From Candidatus Poribacteria bacterium (lineage in GTDB: Bacteria; Poribacteria; WGA-4E; UBA9662), in assembly GCA_036339735.1 (NCBI GenBank), contig JAYZAL010000052.1, positions 1 through 44,140 on the forward strand: a DNA stretch of 44,140 nt. Direction: 5' to 3'. Each line of letters starts with the position of its first letter. The stretch's first letter is position 1. The translations under genes and the position numbers were made by a program. This document shows positions 39,351 to 44,140 of the stretch, piece by piece. The notes beneath the pieces were generated by a model. That model was not told the origin of the DNA. It worked only from the letters and a program-made list of their open reading frames with translations, and did not search any database.

Positions 39351-40475
39351 ATGTCCAATAGTGAAGGGCCCATCGGCCCCAACGAAGAGATCAAAGTCAC
39401 CAAAATTGAGACCTTCGTGTTGAAAAACTCTTGGGTCTTCGTCAAAATATCAACCGATGCTGGTATTACTGGCTGGGGTGAAATGCTCAAAGACGACGCA
39501 AAAGCCTGTGCTGCCGGTGCCCTCGAAGTAGCCGACTATCTGGTGGGTAAAGATCCCCGACCGGTCGTTCATCACTGGCAGGCCATACACCGTGGTGCTT
39601 TCTATCGTGGTGGGCCGATCAAAACCGCTATCTCTTCCGGTATTGATATGGCCTTATGGGATATCACTGGTAAATGCTACGGCGTACCGATCTATAAACT
39701 TCTTGGTGGCCCCACCCGCGATAGAGTCCGAGTCTACGGTGAAGTCAGCGAGAAAACTGGTGTCAATGCTATGAAGGTAGGGCCGCAAAGCTCACGCACA
39801 GCCTTCAAATATATTGAAACCCCTATGTTCGTAGATGAAGTCGTTGAGCGATTTAGGGCGCTTCGCGATCAACATGGTCCTGGGGTCGACATTGGCATCG
39901 ATTTTCATGGCGCTGTACAACCGCCCACAGCTCTTTTGTTGATGAAAGCTTTGGAACCATACCAACCTTGGTTCTATGAGGAGGTCGTACAAGCTCTCAA
40001 TATCGATGTTATGGCCGAGCTGGCACAAAAGACCCATATCCCCCTAGCCACTGGCGAGCGCATTTTCACCAAGTGGGGCTTTAAAGAAATCCTCGAAAAA
40101 CGCGCTGCGACTATCCTCCAGCCTGATGTTTGTTATGCAGGTGGTATTACCGAGTTAAAGATCATCGCCGGTATGGCCGAGTCGTATTATACACCGATGG
40201 CACCACACAATCCACAGGGCCCCTGTTCCTTAGCTGCTAGCTTGCAGATAGCTGGTGCTATCCCTAACTTCCTGGCCCAAGAGCGTGGGGATAACGAATA
40301 TATGGAGTTGCTCGCCACGCCTATTCCGCCGGTGACCAATGGCCATCGACCACTGCCTACCGAGCCGGGATTGGGCATTACCATCGACGAAGACAAACTC
40401 ATGGATCTGGTTGGCGACCCTCGTCCTTATGGCCCTCAATTTGATCCTGATGATGGCTCTGTAGTGGATTGGTAA
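39351..40475 (+). CDS. dgoD: Galactonate dehydratase-like enzyme (mandelate racemase/enolase superfamily)
   Basis: TDAGITGWGE, FYRGGP, SGIDMALWDI, IDFHG, EE, ATGER, QPD, APHNP and DDGSVVDW C-terminus, as in DgoD. AAGGA before ATG 39351; substrate not certain. Confidence 0.8.
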   Translation: MSNSEGPIGPNEEIKVTKIETFVLKNSWVFVKISTDAGITGWGEMLKDDAKACAAGALEVADYLVGKDPRPVVHHWQAIHRGAFYRGGPIKTAISSGIDMALWDITGKCYGVPIYKLLGGPTRDRVRVYGEVSEKTGVNAMKVGPQSSRTAFKYIETPMFVDEVVERFRALRDQHGPGVDIGIDFHGAVQPPTALLLMKALEPYQPWFYEEVVQALNIDVMAELAQKTHIPLATGERIFTKWGFKEILEKRAATILQPDVCYAGGITELKIIAGMAESYYTPMAPHNPQGPCSLAASLQIAGAIPNFLAQERGDNEYMELLATPIPPVTNGHRPLPTEPGLGITIDEDKLMDLVGDPRPYGPQFDPDDGSVVDW

Positions 40476-40750
40476 GACAAGATCGATAGGCGTTGATAAG
40501 GTTTGGGACTGAGAAGTAGCTAATACTCTCAATTTAAACTAGATCAGATGAACTGATTTGGGCTTAAAACGGGCCGGTAATTGTCAGGCTACAAATCAAT
40601 CCGTTTATTTGGACGGTCGGATCGGTAATGGTAAACGAGTTTCCAGTAAGATTCATTCTGATTGAATTGAAGCTGGAAATTCATATTCGAAGTGGATTTT
40701 AAACAACCCACTGAATTAGATATTAAACAAAAATTTCTGACGGAAATAAA

Positions 40751-41584
40751 GTGGCTAATCAATCAACCTTTGCATCAACTGTACTTACACCAGCCAAACA
40801 AACTGAACTTAGGAAAGAGTTCGAGGCTAATGGGTTCGTGAAAATAGATCAAGCTTTCATTGGTGAACATTTGTCTCAAATTCAGCAAGAAGTTGATCAA
40901 ATGATCGATCGTTCTATTAAATCTGGGAGACAGATGGAGGCACATTGGCGGGGAGAATGGCGTGAAAATGTGGATGTTGAGGGCGATAAACAAGCCAGAA
41001 GTGTGTTATCAATTCATAATATCCAATATCACTCAGCTTGTTTAGCTCAATTGATGTTCCACCCAAATTTGGTTGATCCAGCCGCTGCCGCAATCGGAAC
41101 AACGGATCTACAATTAAGCAACACTTTGATGCATGCCAAACCCCCGAAGATTGGAGCGGCTTTTCCGATGCATCAAGATTACGATTATGCCCCTCATAAC
41201 TTGGATACCTTGATCGCTGTAACGCTTTATTTGGATGATTCTGAAATAGAAAATGGCTGTTTGTGTATTTATCCGGGTAGCCACAAACAAGGCTATATTG
41301 AGAAACATGTCCATCAAGGTTCACATTACCTTCCAATGAATGAATATCCTATTGATCAGGCTACTCCCGTCCCGATGAAAGCTGGTGATTTGCTAATATT
41401 TAGTTATTTGACCGTTCATGGTTCGACACCTAATACATCCGATCGGTGGAGGCGTATGTTACTGTTCTCATTACGATCACCGCTTGATAATAGAAAAAGT
41501 GAACCTAAAGGTAGTGTAGGACAAGGCCTAATTGTGCGAGGTGTCCATCCCAATCCGGTCCCCAAGCCGGAGGAAAGCTACTAG
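40751..41584 (+). CDS. PhyH-family Fe(II)/2OG oxygenase
   Basis: FEANGFV, KPP, MHQD, ENGCLCIYPGSHK, VHGS and RR motifs. Confidence 0.92.
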   Translation: MANQSTFASTVLTPAKQTELRKEFEANGFVKIDQAFIGEHLSQIQQEVDQMIDRSIKSGRQMEAHWRGEWRENVDVEGDKQARSVLSIHNIQYHSACLAQLMFHPNLVDPAAAAIGTTDLQLSNTLMHAKPPKIGAAFPMHQDYDYAPHNLDTLIAVTLYLDDSEIENGCLCIYPGSHKQGYIEKHVHQGSHYLPMNEYPIDQATPVPMKAGDLLIFSYLTVHGSTPNTSDRWRRMLLFSLRSPLDNRKSEPKGSVGQGLIVRGVHPNPVPKPEESY

Positions 41585-42335
41585 ATAGATGGTTCACTTC
41601 CGTAGACAATAGAAATACCAAAAATTTCTGCTCAGGCCAGCAATCATCAAGACTAGCGTAGAATCAAAAATAATCTTTTTCAGACTCAGTCCTAGCAGAT
41701 ATCTGATAGCGAACGATAAATGAAGCTTCTTGGACGATTAGTGGATGGACAAATATAGCAACAAGAGCTAGTACGATCGTGTCTATTTCTGAGGCTACGA
41801 ATTTATTCAGCATTTTTTATTTGTGTTTAAGTAATATGTAGAGGAAGTAGAAACTTAGTCCGGTTATAAGAGGAATAATCATTTGCATTCCATCTTCATC
41901 CACGAAAGACTCATCCGAATAAAGAACTTCAATAGGATTATGGAACAACTTATATCGTTTGCGAAAGGTTGATTAACGAAAATCAAGGAAACAGACAATA
42001 AATCCAAAATTTTTTATTGAGTTTCTGGAAGATACAGAACGAATAATTTTGGTGGTGATTTGGAAAATTAATTATCTGATCTCAAGACATAAGGTTAATA
42101 TAACCAGCAACAAATCGTTTAGCTACAGCGCCACCTTTGATAAACTATCTCTTTACACCCATCAAACTACAACCAAGAATGGAACTAAACTAGAACTTGG
42201 TTGCCTCAATTTGCAACATCAACATCATTTGAGCATTGGATCGTAGTTTATAACAGGTTAGTTGAATTTCACCTGTCAGTTCAAATAATAAAAATTAACT
42301 CTCAAGTAGAAATTTGAAGATGACTATATTAAATC

Positions 42336-43310
42336 CTATCCTGGATACCATATTTTTCTAGAATCATCAGGAGATCTTTGATAATTCCAAGCTTCATCGA
42401 TCAATCGAGCTAGATCATAGCTTGGTCGCCAATCTAGCAGGAATTTAGCCTTCGTATTATCCAACCAAGTGCTATGATACTCGGTTTTTATACCCACATT
42501 CGGTAGGCCACGGGTCTGCTTCAGGTATTCAGCTACTTGACCATAGTCAACTGGCTGATCCATACAAATGTTGAACAACTGCTGAAAGGCTTTTGGATGA
42601 TCTAAAGCCTTCAATATAGATGAGACAAGATCTTGTACATGCACAAAATTTCGTTTAATAGGTTGTCCTTCCGTATCTTGCAGAATAGGTATTGTTTGTG
42701 ATTTCACATATTGACTGGCTTTTTTAGAGCCAACTAAGTCTATCCAACGGGGGCCACCAAAAACATCTTCTCCAAAGGAAAGGGAAAACCTAAAATCGTC
42801 CTTCTCCATAATCCAAGGCGCACGTAAACAACAACCATTCAGATCATATTGGACATAGTACTGTTCCAGCATGACCTCCTCTAGAACCTTAGATAAGGCA
42901 TAACACCCCTGATATGGCATATGCTTCTGTTGTTCTGTGACAGGAACAGGATGAGGATACACAAAGTGTCCCATTGCCGCGTCCCCACCGACCATTAGAA
43001 ATTGTCGAAAGCTGGAATTTTGGCGACAATTTTCTAGTAACCAAAAGAGACCTTTCACTGTAACATCGATGATATCGTCCGGTGTTTCTTTACAGGTGGC
43101 TAGATGCAAAACGTGGGTTATCCCGTCCATTGCGTCATCCACGTCTGATTTACGAGCTAAACTTCCCCTAACTACTTCTAATCTATCTTTTGATTTCAGC
43201 ATTCGGTTATGACAAAATGCTCGTATGCTACCGCTATCCCGTTCGGTAAGAAAACGATGAATAAAAGTTTGTCCAACTTTGCCAGTTGCCCCGGTGACCA
43301 ATACTCTCAT
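42336..43310 (-). CDS. NAD-dependent epimerase/dehydratase family protein
   Basis: VTGATGKVG, YALSK (YxxxK) and RNFVHVQDL. Confidence 0.92.
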   Translation of the reverse strand: MRVLVTGATGKVGQTFIHRFLTERDSGSIRAFCHNRMLKSKDRLEVVRGSLARKSDVDDAMDGITHVLHLATCKETPDDIIDVTVKGLFWLLENCRQNSSFRQFLMVGGDAAMGHFVYPHPVPVTEQQKHMPYQGCYALSKVLEEVMLEQYYVQYDLNGCCLRAPWIMEKDDFRFSLSFGEDVFGGPRWIDLVGSKKASQYVKSQTIPILQDTEGQPIKRNFVHVQDLVSSILKALDHPKAFQQLFNICMDQPVDYGQVAEYLKQTRGLPNVGIKTEYHSTWLDNTKAKFLLDWRPSYDLARLIDEAWNYQRSPDDSRKIWYPG

Positions 43311-43339
43311 GCTTTAATTCTCTTATGTTTTGAATTGAC

Positions 43340-44140
43340 TTATTCTGTTAAGTGTACTGCTAGACTTCCCTGATTTCGGGTATTAAATTTTTCTATGTAG
43401 TCATGTGGATCAAAAAAGCAACTGTTATCGTATAAAAACGTGTATTTTCCGTTTCGATCCCAACCCAGATCTATTGCCATTTGGTTAAGATGACAAAGTC
43501 GTCGACCTGCAGGCCATAAAATCCCATGCTGACAATATGAGGTGTCAATAAAATAACGTCGAAAAGTTTTTCCTCCAGGCTTAGGACGTCGAGCGTGTTG
43601 CAAAGCTGAGTGAACAATGATAAATGATCCAGGAGATAAGTTATCAATTGTGACTGACCCAGGCAGATCATCATACATAAACTGACGAAAAGCATCACGA
43701 GCCATAATCCGTTGATGCGACCCCGGTAAAACGAGTAGATCTCCGATTTCACCATTCAATCCATCTAAATATATAAATACGTGTACCATCAAATGAGAAC
43801 GGTTTGTTTGCGGCATCTGCTCATAGTCATGATGCCAAGAGACCCCCGATTCGCCTTCTCCTTGCCAGCGAGCATGAATATGATGATGAGTAAAGGTCGT
43901 TCCCATCAAATCAGCAACACGGTCAACGACTGTCGGCTCAGAAGTTAGTGGCCCTAACGCAGGAAAAACTATAATGTTCGTTTCCCCATTTGTGGAGCGA
44001 TTGATCATCAACTGATCAACGTCCTCTTTCAAAAGTTGGGTCAAATTATCGTCAAAAAAACCATTGAAGATTAGATAGCCTTCAGAATTAAACCTATCTA
44101 CCTCGGCTTGAGATAAAACATAACTGTTCTCAAACTCATT
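43340..44140 (-). CDS. PhyH-family Fe(II)/2OG oxygenase (5' end beyond the window)
   Basis: The frame stays open to the window edge (NEFENSYVLSQAEVDRFNSEGYLIF...); WHHD, GDLLVLPGSH, LQH and RY motifs. Confidence 0.88.
   Translation of the reverse strand, partial: NEFENSYVLSQAEVDRFNSEGYLIFNGFFDDNLTQLLKEDVDQLMINRSTNGETNIIVFPALGPLTSEPTVVDRVADLMGTTFTHHHIHARWQGEGESGVSWHHDYEQMPQTNRSHLMVHVFIYLDGLNGEIGDLLVLPGSHQRIMARDAFRQFMYDDLPGSVTIDNLSPGSFIIVHSALQHARRPKPGGKTFRRYFIDTSYCQHGILWPAGRRLCHLNQMAIDLGWDRNGKYTFLYDNSCFFDPHDYIEKFNTRNQGSLAVHLTE

Noticed and set aside
389-43755. Numerous short antisense or overlapping ORFs in the six-frame track (e.g. 389-607, 1689-1973, 3739-4122, 27081-27548, 40917-41336)
   Set aside because: Shadows of well-supported genes on the opposite strand or in another frame, with no motifs.

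Overview
AT-rich bacterial chromosomal segment whose gene content points to Candidatus Poribacteria or a similar marine heterotroph. This is inferred from five PhyH-family Fe(II)/2OG oxygenases, FGE-sulfatase-domain, Gfo/Idh/MocA, aldo-keto reductase, ceramidase-like and enolase-superfamily catabolic genes, and a secreted protein ending in the 'V-D-x-K-x-x-LATTW-x-x-LK' tail. About 30 CDSs are supported. They include an sbcC with no adjacent sbcD, a stand-alone Smr protein, a Klenow-type (5'-nuclease-less) family A DNA polymerase, two MacB-type permeases without an ATPase, a 4-EF-hand protein, a DUF5939 adenylate/guanylate cyclase and a PLOD-like glycosyltransferase. No rRNA, tRNA, CRISPR array or intact mobile element was seen. 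The most striking unannotated signal is a ~300-nt multi-helix RNA-like element on the minus strand (14903-15222) with its own near-consensus sigma70 promoter and a long-range closing helix; I cannot assign it to a known family. Other highlights are a PhyH paralog with a halogenase-type H-x-G iron motif and decayed gene remnants (YkvA, possibly IS3) in the long intergenic gaps. All calls come from manual reading and motif recognition; no searches or folding programs were run.
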